A DNA stretch of 64,000 bases. It comes from an uncultured Pseudomonadota bacterium (GTDB lineage: Bacteria; Oederibacteriota; Muellerivitia; Muellerivitales; Muellerivitaceae). Under the pieces are notes generated by a model that had not been told where the DNA came from, ran no database searches, and worked only from the letters and a program-made list of their open reading frames with translations. Shown here in pieces: positions 10,276-19,179 of the stretch; the stretch's first letter is position 1; every line of letters begins with the position of its first letter. The stretch is taken from the NCBI GenBank assembly GCA_963836235.1, contig CAWIIP010000001.1:49191-113190 (forward strand), read 5' to 3'. The position numbers and the translations under genes were made by a program.

Positions 10276-11811
10276 ATGAATCCAGGCAAAGTTTATCTCG
10301 TCGGCGCCGGGCCGGGTGATCCGGGCCTCTTGACCTTGAAAGGAAAAGAAATCCTTTCCCAGGCGGATGTGGTCGTCTATGACGCGCTGGTGCATCCTAA
10401 AATCCTGGAATTTATCCCCAAAGGCGCCCGGAAAATATTCCGCGGAAGCCGGGGCAAATCAGGCGCCATGAAGCAGGCCCAAATCAACGCTCTTTTGGTC
10501 CGGTTGGCGTCGCGGGGGAAAAAAGTGGTTCGTTTGAAAGGCGGGGACCCTTTTGTTTTTGGAAGAGGAGCCGAGGAAATCATGGCCTTAGCGGATAAAA
10601 AAATACCCTTTGAGGTTGTTCCGGGCGTCACCTCGTCGGTCGCGGTTCCGGCTTACGCGGGCATCCCGGTGACCCACCGCGACTTGAACTCCTCGTTTAC
10701 GGTTGTGACGGGCCACGAGGACCCATCGAGAGAAAATAGCCAATTGGATTGGACTCATTTGGCCCAGGACCGGGGAACCCTAATTTTTTTAATGGGACTT
10801 CATGCCCTTCCGGCGCTTTGCCGCCGTTTGATCGAGGAAGGTAAAAACCCACGGACACCAGCGGCGGTTATTCAAAGCGGCACAACCGTCCGGCAAAAGA
10901 CGCTGGTTGGAACTTTGGAGAATCTACCCGAGCTCGCTAAAAAAGCGGATTTTCAACCTCCGGCCACGGTGGTGGTGGGTGAAGTGGTGAATTTGAGGCC
11001 AAAACTCGATTGGCTTTCCCAAAAACCTCTCCGGGGTTTGCGAGTCCTGGTGACCCGGAACCAGGCGAAAGCCGGTTATCTCTCGGGCCTTCTTTCGGAA
11101 GAGGGTGCGGAAGTGGTTCCCATCGCCACCTTTGAGATCAAACCGCTTTCGTTAGACCGGCAGGGCAAAGAAGTCATCCATCGAAGCGGGAAATATGACT
11201 GGATCGTTTTCTCCAGCGTGAACGCGGTCGAATATTTCTTTGGGCATTTGTTAAAAGCGGGAATGACCGCCGGGGATTTAAAGACCGTCAAAATAGCTTG
11301 TATTGGGGAGGCCACCGCCAAGGCGGTGAAAGCTTTCGGGCACAAGGCGGCTTTGGTTCCGAACGACTATAAGCAGGAAGGTTTGGTGAAGGCTTTTCAA
11401 AGCATTTCCTTGAAAGGAAAGCGGGTTTTATTCGCCCGGGCTAAGGAAGGGCGGGACTTGTTGGTCAAGTTTTTCAAAAAGAAGAAAATTCATTGCGATC
11501 TTTTGGCGCTTTATGAAAACCAAGTCCCATCAGGGGCCCGGAAAGAACTCCAGGAATTGTTCTTGAAAGGTGGAGGGGTGGATTTACTGACTTTCGCTTC
11601 CTCTTCGGCCGTGGACCACTTTTACAGTCTTTTCAGCCCAGCCCAAAGAAAGAAATGGCTTGTCCGGGTTCCCGTGGCGGTCATCGGCCCGGTGACGGCG
11701 GCCTCCGTCAAGAAATGGGGCGGCAAAGTGGCCGTCCAGCCGGCCAAATACACCATGCCCGACCTTGTGGCGGCTATTGTCAAATGGGCGGGCAAGCGAT
11801 CTAATTCTTAG
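10276..11811 (+). CDS. Bifunctional uroporphyrinogen-III C-methyltransferase / uroporphyrinogen-III synthase (CobA-HemD fusion)
   Basis: N-terminal tetrapyrrole methylase motif VYLVGAGPGDPGLLTLKG; C-terminal half of about 250 aa has uroporphyrinogen-III synthase (HEM4) character; 511 aa total. Confidence 0.82.
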   Translation: MNPGKVYLVGAGPGDPGLLTLKGKEILSQADVVVYDALVHPKILEFIPKGARKIFRGSRGKSGAMKQAQINALLVRLASRGKKVVRLKGGDPFVFGRGAEEIMALADKKIPFEVVPGVTSSVAVPAYAGIPVTHRDLNSSFTVVTGHEDPSRENSQLDWTHLAQDRGTLIFLMGLHALPALCRRLIEEGKNPRTPAAVIQSGTTVRQKTLVGTLENLPELAKKADFQPPATVVVGEVVNLRPKLDWLSQKPLRGLRVLVTRNQAKAGYLSGLLSEEGAEVVPIATFEIKPLSLDRQGKEVIHRSGKYDWIVFSSVNAVEYFFGHLLKAGMTAGDLKTVKIACIGEATAKAVKAFGHKAALVPNDYKQEGLVKAFQSISLKGKRVLFARAKEGRDLLVKFFKKKKIHCDLLALYENQVPSGARKELQELFLKGGGVDLLTFASSSAVDHFYSLFSPAQRKKWLVRVPVAVIGPVTAASVKKWGGKVAVQPAKYTMPDLVAAIVKWAGKRSNS

Positions 11812-11854
11812 TCTAAGAGCCCTTTCGACGTTAAAATACAGCCCGGAGAAAACC

Positions 11855-12826
11855 ATGTCCTTTCCAACCCAACGCATGCGGCGCCTGAGGAAAACCAAGG
11901 CCTTGCGCCGTTTGTTCGAGGAAACCCGATTGAACCGGTCGGACTTTATCCTACCCCTTTTCGTGGAGGAAGGCCTGAAGTCCCCGGAACTCATTTCTTC
12001 CATGCCGGGCGTCCAACGCCACAGCTTTGGCTCCCTGGCCCGTGAAGCCGCTTCGGCGCAAGCCTTGGGAATCCCCGCGGTACTCTTATTCGGAATTCCC
12101 TCGAAAAAAGATTCGGGGGCTCTTCAGGCCTATCAAAAGAACGGCGTCATTCAAAAGGCCGTCCGGCTCTTGAAAAAAGAAACGCCGGATTTGGCCGTCA
12201 TCACGGATGTCTGCGCCTGCGAATATACCTCCCATGGCCATTGCGGCATTATCGTTAAGGGTGACGTGGATAACGACCAGACCCTCGGGTTGCTGCAAAA
12301 AATAGCCCTTTCCCACGCCGAAGCGGGGGCCGACATGGTAGCCCCCTCGGACATGATGGACGGGCGTATTTCAGCCATCCGTAAAAGCCTTGATCAAAAA
12401 GGTTTTTCCATGACGCCCATCCTGAGTTACGCGGCGAAATTTTCTACCTGCTTCTATGGGCCTTTCCGCGACGCGGCGGATTCAGCGCCTGCTTTTGGCG
12501 ACCGGAAAACCTATCAAATGCCCGCCTCCAATCCACGGGAAGCCTTGAAGGAAATTCAATTGGACATTGAGGAAGGCGCGGACGTGGTCATGGTCAAGCC
12601 AGCCCTGACGGCTTTGGATATCATCACCCGGGCCCGCCAACGCTTCTTGACCCCGCTCTGGGCCTATCACGTGTCCGGTGAGTATGCCATGGTCAAGGCG
12701 GCGGCGAAGTTGGGCTGGTTGTCGGAAGAAGCGGCCATGACGGAAAGCCTATTGGCCATCAAGCGGGCGGGAGCCGACCGGATTATCACTTATTGGGCGA
12801 AGGAAGCGGCGAAGCATTTTAAGTAA
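11855..12826 (+). CDS. hemB: Porphobilinogen synthase (delta-aminolevulinate dehydratase)
   Basis: Start …MSFPTQRMRRLR… typical HemB N-terminus; active-site region …AVITDVCACEYTSHGHCG…; ORF-track start 11765 overlaps the upstream gene. Confidence 0.9.
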   Translation: MSFPTQRMRRLRKTKALRRLFEETRLNRSDFILPLFVEEGLKSPELISSMPGVQRHSFGSLAREAASAQALGIPAVLLFGIPSKKDSGALQAYQKNGVIQKAVRLLKKETPDLAVITDVCACEYTSHGHCGIIVKGDVDNDQTLGLLQKIALSHAEAGADMVAPSDMMDGRISAIRKSLDQKGFSMTPILSYAAKFSTCFYGPFRDAADSAPAFGDRKTYQMPASNPREALKEIQLDIEEGADVVMVKPALTALDIITRARQRFLTPLWAYHVSGEYAMVKAAAKLGWLSEEAAMTESLLAIKRAGADRIITYWAKEAAKHFK

Positions 12827-12850
12827 ATTTCATCCTCAGACTCGGAAATC

Positions 12851-14155
12851 ATGAAAAACAAACTCAAGTTGGACAGGTCCCGCAAGTTATTTGAACTGGC
12901 GCAGAAACACCTAGTGGGCGGGGTCAACAGCCCGGTGCGGGCCTTCAAAGGGGTGGGGGGGGCACCCATCTTCTTCGCTCGGGGCAAGGGGCCCTATTTG
13001 ATCGACATGGATGGAAACCGCTACCTGGATTTGGTGGGTTCCTGGGGGCCGCTCATCCTGGGCCACGCGGATACTTCGGTTCTCAACTTGGTGCGCCGTT
13101 CCTTGAAAAAGGGATTCAGTTTTGGAGCGCCTTCATCGCTGGAAACCGATCTCGCCATCCGGGTCAAGAAAGCCTTTCCGTCCATCGATAAGGTCCGTTT
13201 CGTGAGTTCAGGTACCGAGGCGGTCTTAAGCGTTATTCGGCTGGCTCGGGCCGCTACGGGTAAAAAGCGTGTCCTCAAATTCGATGGCTGTTACCACGGG
13301 CATGGGGACAGTTTGTTAGTCGCCGCCGGAAGCGGGGCGGCCACCCTGGGGTTGCCGGACAGCCCGGGAGTTCCCGAAGAAATCGCGTCCCTTACCACCA
13401 GCTTGCCCTATAACGACCTTTCCGCGGTTCAAGAGGCCTTTTCAAAATTCAACGATATCGCGGCGGTCATCGTGGAGCCCGTGGCTGGGAATATGGGTCT
13501 GGTTCCACCGAAACCAGGTTTCCTGGAAGGCTTAAGGGACTTAACCACCCAGCACAAAGCTCTTCTCGTTTTCGACGAGGTGATGACCGGCTTTCGGGTG
13601 GCCTTTGGGGGCGCCCAGGAACTTTACGGCATCAAGCCCGACCTGACGACTTTGGGCAAGATCATCGGGGGCGGCCTGCCGGTTGGGGCCTATGGCGGTA
13701 GGGAGGGTCTGATGTCCCAAGTGGCCCCGGAAGGGCCGGTTTACCAGGCGGGAACCCTTTCGGGTAATCCCATCGCCATGGCGGCGGGTATCGCCACTTT
13801 GAAAAAATTATCAGACCGGAAAATTTACGACCAGTTGGAAGAATCGGCGGCTTTCGTGGAAGAGGGGATCAGGCGGGCCCTGGAAAAAACCGGGGTGAAA
13901 GCCGTTTTCCAAAGAGTGGGGAGCATGGCGACCTTATTTTTTTGCGGGCATGCGATCGAAAACTACGCCCAAGCCAAGGATTCGGACCGAAAAAAATACG
14001 CCCGGTTTTTCTGGGCCATGGCCCAAAGGGGCGTTTATCTCCCGCCTTCCCAATTCGAGGCGATTTTTTTCTCAGCGGCGCTGACGAAAGACCAGTTGAA
14101 AAAAATCGTCAAATCCATCGAGGAAAGCTTGGTCGCGGCCGAACAAGAAGTGTAA
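12851..14155 (+). CDS. hemL: Glutamate-1-semialdehyde 2,1-aminomutase
   Basis: Class-III aminotransferase with PLP-lysine context …TTLGKIIGGGLPVGAYGG…; 434 aa; last gene of hem operon. Confidence 0.9.
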   Translation: MKNKLKLDRSRKLFELAQKHLVGGVNSPVRAFKGVGGAPIFFARGKGPYLIDMDGNRYLDLVGSWGPLILGHADTSVLNLVRRSLKKGFSFGAPSSLETDLAIRVKKAFPSIDKVRFVSSGTEAVLSVIRLARAATGKKRVLKFDGCYHGHGDSLLVAAGSGAATLGLPDSPGVPEEIASLTTSLPYNDLSAVQEAFSKFNDIAAVIVEPVAGNMGLVPPKPGFLEGLRDLTTQHKALLVFDEVMTGFRVAFGGAQELYGIKPDLTTLGKIIGGGLPVGAYGGREGLMSQVAPEGPVYQAGTLSGNPIAMAAGIATLKKLSDRKIYDQLEESAAFVEEGIRRALEKTGVKAVFQRVGSMATLFFCGHAIENYAQAKDSDRKKYARFFWAMAQRGVYLPPSQFEAIFFSAALTKDQLKKIVKSIEESLVAAEQEV

Positions 14156-14238
14156 ATGAACATTAGAACGCAGATAAAAAATGAGTTAAATTCGGCTAAA
14201 ACTTGATAAAATTTGAGGCATCTGACGGGAGGTTGGAT

Positions 14239-14817
14239 TTGAAAAAACAGGGTTTTGGATGGTTGGTCACGGTATTGGCCTTAGGTTGTCTCATGGGGGG
14301 CAAGGATTCCAAGGTCTTTGGTGACACGGAAATCAATTTGGACGATGCTCTTCAGCCGACCTCGACTCCCGTCGTCTCCAAATCCAGTTCGGCCAAGCCG
14401 GCCGCGATGCCAACGGCCATTCCGACCGCCGCGCCCGTGCCCACGGCGGTCATTCAAGTTATGCAGGCGGCTCCCACACCCACGGAAGCCGTCGAGGATG
14501 ATTCAACCCCCGTTATTGTCCATGGGGTCTTGAAGATGAAGGACGTCTATGAGGCGGGCATCAAGGCCTATAAGGAGCAGGATTACGACAAGGCGATTCG
14601 TTACCTTAAAAAATCCTTGGAAATGGATGATCCCTATTCCGCCAAATTTTATTTCGCTGAGGCCAACGCCATGTTGGGGGTCATCTACCAATTTCACATC
14701 ATTCATTATAGTTGGGCCTACCGCTATTACCAGGCGGCCCTGAAGTACGAAAAGAAGAACCGGACAGCCCGCCGGCACATCAAGGAAGTCGCCAAATACA
14801 GGCATCAAAAAGGTTGA
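14239..14817 (+). CDS. Hypothetical secreted/lipoprotein with Pro/Thr/Ala-rich linker and C-terminal TPR-like domain (paralog A)
   Basis: Probable TTG start at 14239 (SD GGGAGG 6 nt upstream) giving signal peptide MKKQGFGWLVTVLALGC; low-complexity P/T/A linker; C-terminal TPR-like module …YFAEANAMLGVIYQFH… shared with the next gene. Function unknown. Confidence 0.5.
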   Translation: MKKQGFGWLVTVLALGCLMGGKDSKVFGDTEINLDDALQPTSTPVVSKSSSAKPAAMPTAIPTAAPVPTAVIQVMQAAPTPTEAVEDDSTPVIVHGVLKMKDVYEAGIKAYKEQDYDKAIRYLKKSLEMDDPYSAKFYFAEANAMLGVIYQFHIIHYSWAYRYYQAALKYEKKNRTARRHIKEVAKYRHQKG

Positions 14818-15920
14818 AATTGTTCCAACACCGGCTGGGATGGCGAGTTTTGGTGTTCCTGCTTTTAAGCCAGGCGGCTTTAGCGGACGTGGCTCCCATT
14901 TCCCTCACTTTTTTCGGCTTGTATGGAACGCCCGTCCAACCGGCGGCCTTATCCAGTTCCACGACGAATGGTTTTGGCCTTGACGCCTTAGGCGAGTGGA
15001 ACCCTTCCTATTATTTTTCCCTGGGCCTCAGTTTTGAGCAGGTCACTTTTTACAATTCGATCAATTTTTCCGTACCTATGTTCAATTTGGAAGGCCGGGT
15101 TTTCCCCTTTGAGAACGGGAAAGACAAGTTTTCACCTTATCTTTATGGCGGGGCGGGATTGGACCTCACCGACCCGGGCGGAGCGGCCCAGTTCAAGGCG
15201 GGTATCGGAAGCCGGGTTTCCATCGCAGGGCCTGTTTTCTTTGATATTGCCGCCGGCAGCCATTGGATCCAACCCCCGAACGAGTTTCAATATGTCGACG
15301 TCCGGGCGGGATTAAGCTGTTCCATCGATTTCAAACCAGCCGCCGCGAATTCCCCCACGCCGGCAGCGACTCCCGCCCTGGCTTCCCCCACGCCGCTCGC
15401 CCCAGCTTCCGGTACGCCCACCGTAATGGAGACGCCCACGGCCAGCCAGTCCCCGGAAGAGATCAGCCTGGAAGAGAGCACGACGCCTACCCCCATGCCC
15501 GTGATTGAAGCGGCGCCCGTGACCACCATCGCCGGGGTCAAAAAATACTACAAGTTGGGGATGCAGGCGTTTTTAGCCCAAAATTACAAACTGTCTTTCA
15601 AACTTTTGCATAAGTCTTTGGCCTCGAATGAAATCTTTGGCGCTTCTTATTATTACGCGGAAACTTACGCCACGCTTGGGGTGATCTATCAATTTCATTC
15701 CTCCAAGGTGAAGGATCACGATAAGAAAGCCTTGTTTTGCTACCAAAAGGCGCTGGCCATCGATCCAACAACGAAGTCGGCGAGACATTATTATAAGAAA
15801 CTCAAGGCGAAAATCGCAGCGGAGTCCAAAAAGAAACGCAGGCGCAAATCCGCACCAGTCCCGACTCCCACTGTCTCGGTTTCCACGGATACGAGTGGAT
15901 CGACGACCCCGACGCAATAA
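14814..15920 (+). CDS. Hypothetical secreted protein: beta-barrel-like N-domain + Pro/Thr-rich linker + C-terminal TPR-like domain (paralog B)
   Basis: Probable TTG start around 14814 giving signal peptide (M)KLFQHRLGWRVLVFLLLSQAALA; N-domain with alternating hydrophobic pattern (…YLYGGAGLDL…AGIGSRVSIAG…) consistent with a small outer-membrane beta-barrel; C-terminal …YYYAETYATLGVIYQFH… homologous to paralog A. Start uncertain (ORF track 14712). Confidence 0.5.
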   Translation: MKLFQHRLGWRVLVFLLLSQAALADVAPISLTFFGLYGTPVQPAALSSSTTNGFGLDALGEWNPSYYFSLGLSFEQVTFYNSINFSVPMFNLEGRVFPFENGKDKFSPYLYGGAGLDLTDPGGAAQFKAGIGSRVSIAGPVFFDIAAGSHWIQPPNEFQYVDVRAGLSCSIDFKPAAANSPTPAATPALASPTPLAPASGTPTVMETPTASQSPEEISLEESTTPTPMPVIEAAPVTTIAGVKKYYKLGMQAFLAQNYKLSFKLLHKSLASNEIFGASYYYAETYATLGVIYQFHSSKVKDHDKKALFCYQKALAIDPTTKSARHYYKKLKAKIAAESKKKRRRKSAPVPTPTVSVSTDTSGSTTPTQ

Positions 15921-16017
15921 TTCCAAATTTTTTTATTCAGCGGATTTATATTGGGTTTGTTTGACCAAAGGGTTCGCGTGCCTGCCCTATACCGGCAACA
16001 GATTCATTAGGATTTTT

Positions 16018-16368
16018 ATGAAAATTAATTTTGGAAGAACAATTAAATATATTTGGGTTTTCATAACTGTTTTGATTTACATGTGGTCTGTTTTTTCGGT
16101 ACCTTCGTATTCTGAAAGTATGCTTGTTTTGATGATTGGTTTAACTTATCCAATCAGTGCTTTGTCTTATTCCGGGTTATGCGAATTAAATGTTTTTATG
16201 GGGCATCAGTTTAATATGAAAAACCCTCCTTATTTTTTCTCTATAGCTTTTGATTGGTTTTTTCTTTTTGCTTTTGGATATTTGCAGTGGTTTATCTGTG
16301 TGCCATTTGTTTATCGCTTTTTTAAAAATTTGTTTAAGGACTATTTTTTATCTCGCAATAAACCTTGA
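16018..16368 (+). CDS. Hypothetical small hydrophobic protein in AT-rich islet
   Basis: ATG at 16018 (MKINFGRTIKYIWVFITVLIYMW…); strongly AT-rich codon usage unlike neighbours; 3-4 predicted TM segments; no recognisable family. ORF track starts at 15895. Confidence 0.35.
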   Translation: MKINFGRTIKYIWVFITVLIYMWSVFSVPSYSESMLVLMIGLTYPISALSYSGLCELNVFMGHQFNMKNPPYFFSIAFDWFFLFAFGYLQWFICVPFVYRFFKNLFKDYFLSRNKP

Positions 16369-16465
16369 AAAGGAAGTGGGTTGTTCTGAATGCGCAATCT
16401 GCATTTTCTCCTAATGACCGTTTGAATCAATTGAAAAAAACGTTTATTAAAAGCGGCCCTTCAAA

Positions 16466-17689
16466 ATGATTTTTTATTTGACCCGAAAATTAAAAATTGC
16501 TCTATTTCTTCTTTGCTTACTGGCATCAGTTCATTTCAATGTGGCCGCTCAAACCCAATCCCTCCCGGCCCCCCTGCTTCACGTGGACGGCCCGTTCCTT
16601 AAAGATCCTTCGGGAAAAAAAATAATATTACGGGGTATCAACCACCACGGTTTTCTCGACGTGCCCGACGGGGCTTGGGATTCGCCGGGAGCGCCACTCT
16701 ATTCGGGTATGGGGCATTGGGACCCAGACGTCGTCAAAAAAACACTCGAACAATATCACCAGCTGGGATTCAATGTGGTCCGCTTCCATACTATCGTTGA
16801 TTGGTGGAAGAATAATCCCAAAACCTATCAAGACTCCTACCGGAATGTCACCTATCCGGAGACTTACCGGCAAATGATGGAAGACACCGTGAAGTGGGCG
16901 GGGGAGCGGGGGCTTTACGTTATCTTTGATTTTTTCGCCCTGAAAAACGTGGGGGGCCAGCAATCAGGACAGGAATCCCTTCCTTGGCCGCCGGGGGGCA
17001 GATTTCCTGATGTTGTGAAGGACCGGGAGGAGTTTGAAAGCCTTTGGGTTTCCGCTGCCCAGCTGTTGGGCCGCTATCCCAATGTTCTTTTTGAACTGTA
17101 CAACGAGCCCCATGGGGACGCCAAGGCCGAGGAAGACTGGTTTCAATTCGTGAAAGAGGTTCTTCTCCAAATCCGTGCCGTAACCCCCAACCCGGTGATC
17201 GTTCAGTGGGATTACATGTGCTGGGTGAATTTGGACTATCCACCCCCGCAAAATTCGGCCTCCACCCTCGACTGGATCGGGAAGCATCCCCTTAACGACC
17301 CCAATCTCATCTATGGCACCCACTTGTACCGAAACTCCGGCAACGGCGGGCCGGGAACCGCTCATCGAAGCGGGCCTCCCTTGGTTAATCTTTGGGAACA
17401 CTCCGACATTGAGAAGGCGCTGACTTTGGCCCTGTTACCGGATGTCGCCCAAAAACTCCAGAAACCCCTACTGGTCACCGAGGTAGGCGCCTATCTGGCC
17501 AATGGAGGGGAAGACAAAGCCCACGAATTGGCCTGGTTCAAGAATACCTTGTCCATCCTGAATGGTTGGGGGATCGGCTATGTGGGTTGGGGTTGGGCCG
17601 ATGACCGCCAGATTGCCCATGGCATTCTTCACGATGGGAAGCCCAATGAGGCCGGGAAGGTACTTTTGGATTCGCTTGGCAAACATTGA
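16466..17689 (+). CDS. Secreted glycoside hydrolase family 5 (cellulase/mannanase-like)
   Basis: N-terminal signal peptide; GH5 hallmarks: acid/base …LFELYNEPHGD…, HxY (GTHLY), nucleophile …LLVTEVGAY…. Confidence 0.72.
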   Translation: MIFYLTRKLKIALFLLCLLASVHFNVAAQTQSLPAPLLHVDGPFLKDPSGKKIILRGINHHGFLDVPDGAWDSPGAPLYSGMGHWDPDVVKKTLEQYHQLGFNVVRFHTIVDWWKNNPKTYQDSYRNVTYPETYRQMMEDTVKWAGERGLYVIFDFFALKNVGGQQSGQESLPWPPGGRFPDVVKDREEFESLWVSAAQLLGRYPNVLFELYNEPHGDAKAEEDWFQFVKEVLLQIRAVTPNPVIVQWDYMCWVNLDYPPPQNSASTLDWIGKHPLNDPNLIYGTHLYRNSGNGGPGTAHRSGPPLVNLWEHSDIEKALTLALLPDVAQKLQKPLLVTEVGAYLANGGEDKAHELAWFKNTLSILNGWGIGYVGWGWADDRQIAHGILHDGKPNEAGKVLLDSLGKH

Positions 17690-17731
17690 TGGAATACTTT
17701 ATTAAAAAGACATAAACCAAAGTAACCTAAT

Positions 17732-18517
17732 TTAGTTCACAAGCTGCCTGATTCTCTCAATCTTCGTCGCCTTGCCATTTTCCTTGTCCACCGATACCAC
17801 CACGCACTGGAAAAGATAGGGCATTTCCTCCGAAACTTCGAAGCGGGAGGGGGCGCCGGTGAGGAAGCGGGATAACACCTGTGGCTGTTTCATTCCGATG
17901 ATCGAGTTGGGGGAGCCCGACATGCCGATGTCGGTCAAATAGGCCGTTCCGCCGGGCAGGATTTCCTCGTCCGCCGTCATGATGTGGGTGTGGGTGCCGG
18001 TGACCGAACTGACCCGGCCGTTTAAATACCAGCCCATGGCTCTTTTCTCGCTGGTGGCCTCGCCGTGCATATCCACGATGATGACTTTGGCCTTGCCCTG
18101 AATCTGCTGGAGAGCGCGGTCGGCGGCTTTGAAGGGGCAGTCGAGGTTGATGTTCATGAAGGTGCGGCCCATCAGGTTGAGGACGGCTACCGGCGTTCCC
18201 TTGCAGTCGTAAATGCCCAGGCCCGATCCGGGGTTTTCCACGGGGTAGTTGTGGGGGCGAAGAAGGCGGGGGTCGTGGCCTATGATTTCCCGGACCTCTT
18301 TTTTCGACCAAATATGGTTTCCCGAAGTGACCACGTCGGCGCCGATTTCGAGGATATTCTTGAAGGAATCGGGCTGGATGCCACTGCCGGCGGCCAGGTT
18401 TTCGCCGTTGGCGACGGTGAAGTCGATATTGTGGTCGGCCTTGACCCGGCCGATGCAGTTGTGCACCGCGTGCCGGCCCGGTTTGCCCATAATGTCGCCG
18501 ATGATGAGGATGTTCAT
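17732..18517 (-). CDS. YmdB-family metallophosphoesterase (2',3'-cyclic-nucleotide phosphodiesterase-like)
   Basis: N-terminus MNILIIGDIMGKPGR… and metal-ligand motifs (…VVTSGNHIW…, …VIIVDMHGEATSEK…) characteristic of the YmdB/TIGR00282 family. Confidence 0.78.
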   Translation of the reverse strand: MNILIIGDIMGKPGRHAVHNCIGRVKADHNIDFTVANGENLAAGSGIQPDSFKNILEIGADVVTSGNHIWSKKEVREIIGHDPRLLRPHNYPVENPGSGLGIYDCKGTPVAVLNLMGRTFMNINLDCPFKAADRALQQIQGKAKVIIVDMHGEATSEKRAMGWYLNGRVSSVTGTHTHIMTADEEILPGGTAYLTDIGMSGSPNSIIGMKQPQVLSRFLTGAPSRFEVSEEMPYLFQCVVVSVDKENGKATKIERIRQLVN

Positions 18518-18606
18518 AGGTGTTCCTTTTTCTTTAGAGTCGGTTGAGAGTAAACAATAATAAGAATAAACACAACCCTCGTGGTAGGCGCTGTTCCAAA
18601 GGGGTG

Positions 18607-19179
18607 TTATTTACAAAGCTGAAACCCTTTTTCGCTTAAAACGGCCTTGAGGGGAATGTCGTGGGGTTCGGTAGGGATTTTGTCCACGATTTGGAAAGAA
18701 TAGCCCAAGCCGATGGTCAGGGTTGATTTCCTTAACTGGGGAAGGACACGGTCGTAATAGCCCTTGCCGAAGCCCAGGCGGTTGCCGGTGAGGTCGAAGG
18801 CCAGGCCGGGAACCAGGACTAGGTTGATTTCTTCCCAATCGGCGGGCTTGTTGCCGGAGGGTTCTAAAATGCCAAAAGGTCCCTTGACCAGCGTTTTGAA
18901 GTCCTGTACGGGATAAAAATGAAAATGGTTTTTGTCCGTCACCACTTTCGGCAGGTACAGCTTTTTGCCCAGTTCCAGGGAGCCTTCCAAAATCGAATAG
19001 GTGTTGATTTCACTGGGGGTGGAGGCGAAAGCGCCGATGCCTTTGGCCTTATCGAATTCCGGGCGTTTGCAAAGAATATTCCAGACCCCCTGGGAAGCGG
19101 ATTCGGCGAAGGCGGGGTCCACTTGATCGCGCAATTGCTTCAACTTTTCCCGCAAGGGGGACTTATCGGAAGAGGTCAT
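18607..19179 (-). CDS. 5-formyltetrahydrofolate cyclo-ligase
   Basis: C-terminal signature …GLAFDLTGNRLGFGKGYYDR…; start overlaps rarA stop by 4 nt. Confidence 0.75.
   Translation of the reverse strand: MTSSDKSPLREKLKQLRDQVDPAFAESASQGVWNILCKRPEFDKAKGIGAFASTPSEINTYSILEGSLELGKKLYLPKVVTDKNHFHFYPVQDFKTLVKGPFGILEPSGNKPADWEEINLVLVPGLAFDLTGNRLGFGKGYYDRVLPQLRKSTLTIGLGYSFQIVDKIPTEPHDIPLKAVLSEKGFQLCK

Noticed and set aside
14330-15500. Apparent repeats in the Pro/Thr/Ala-rich linkers as tandem DNA repeats
   Set aside because: Low-complexity codon reiteration without a defined repeat unit; not a true tandem repeat or CRISPR-like array.
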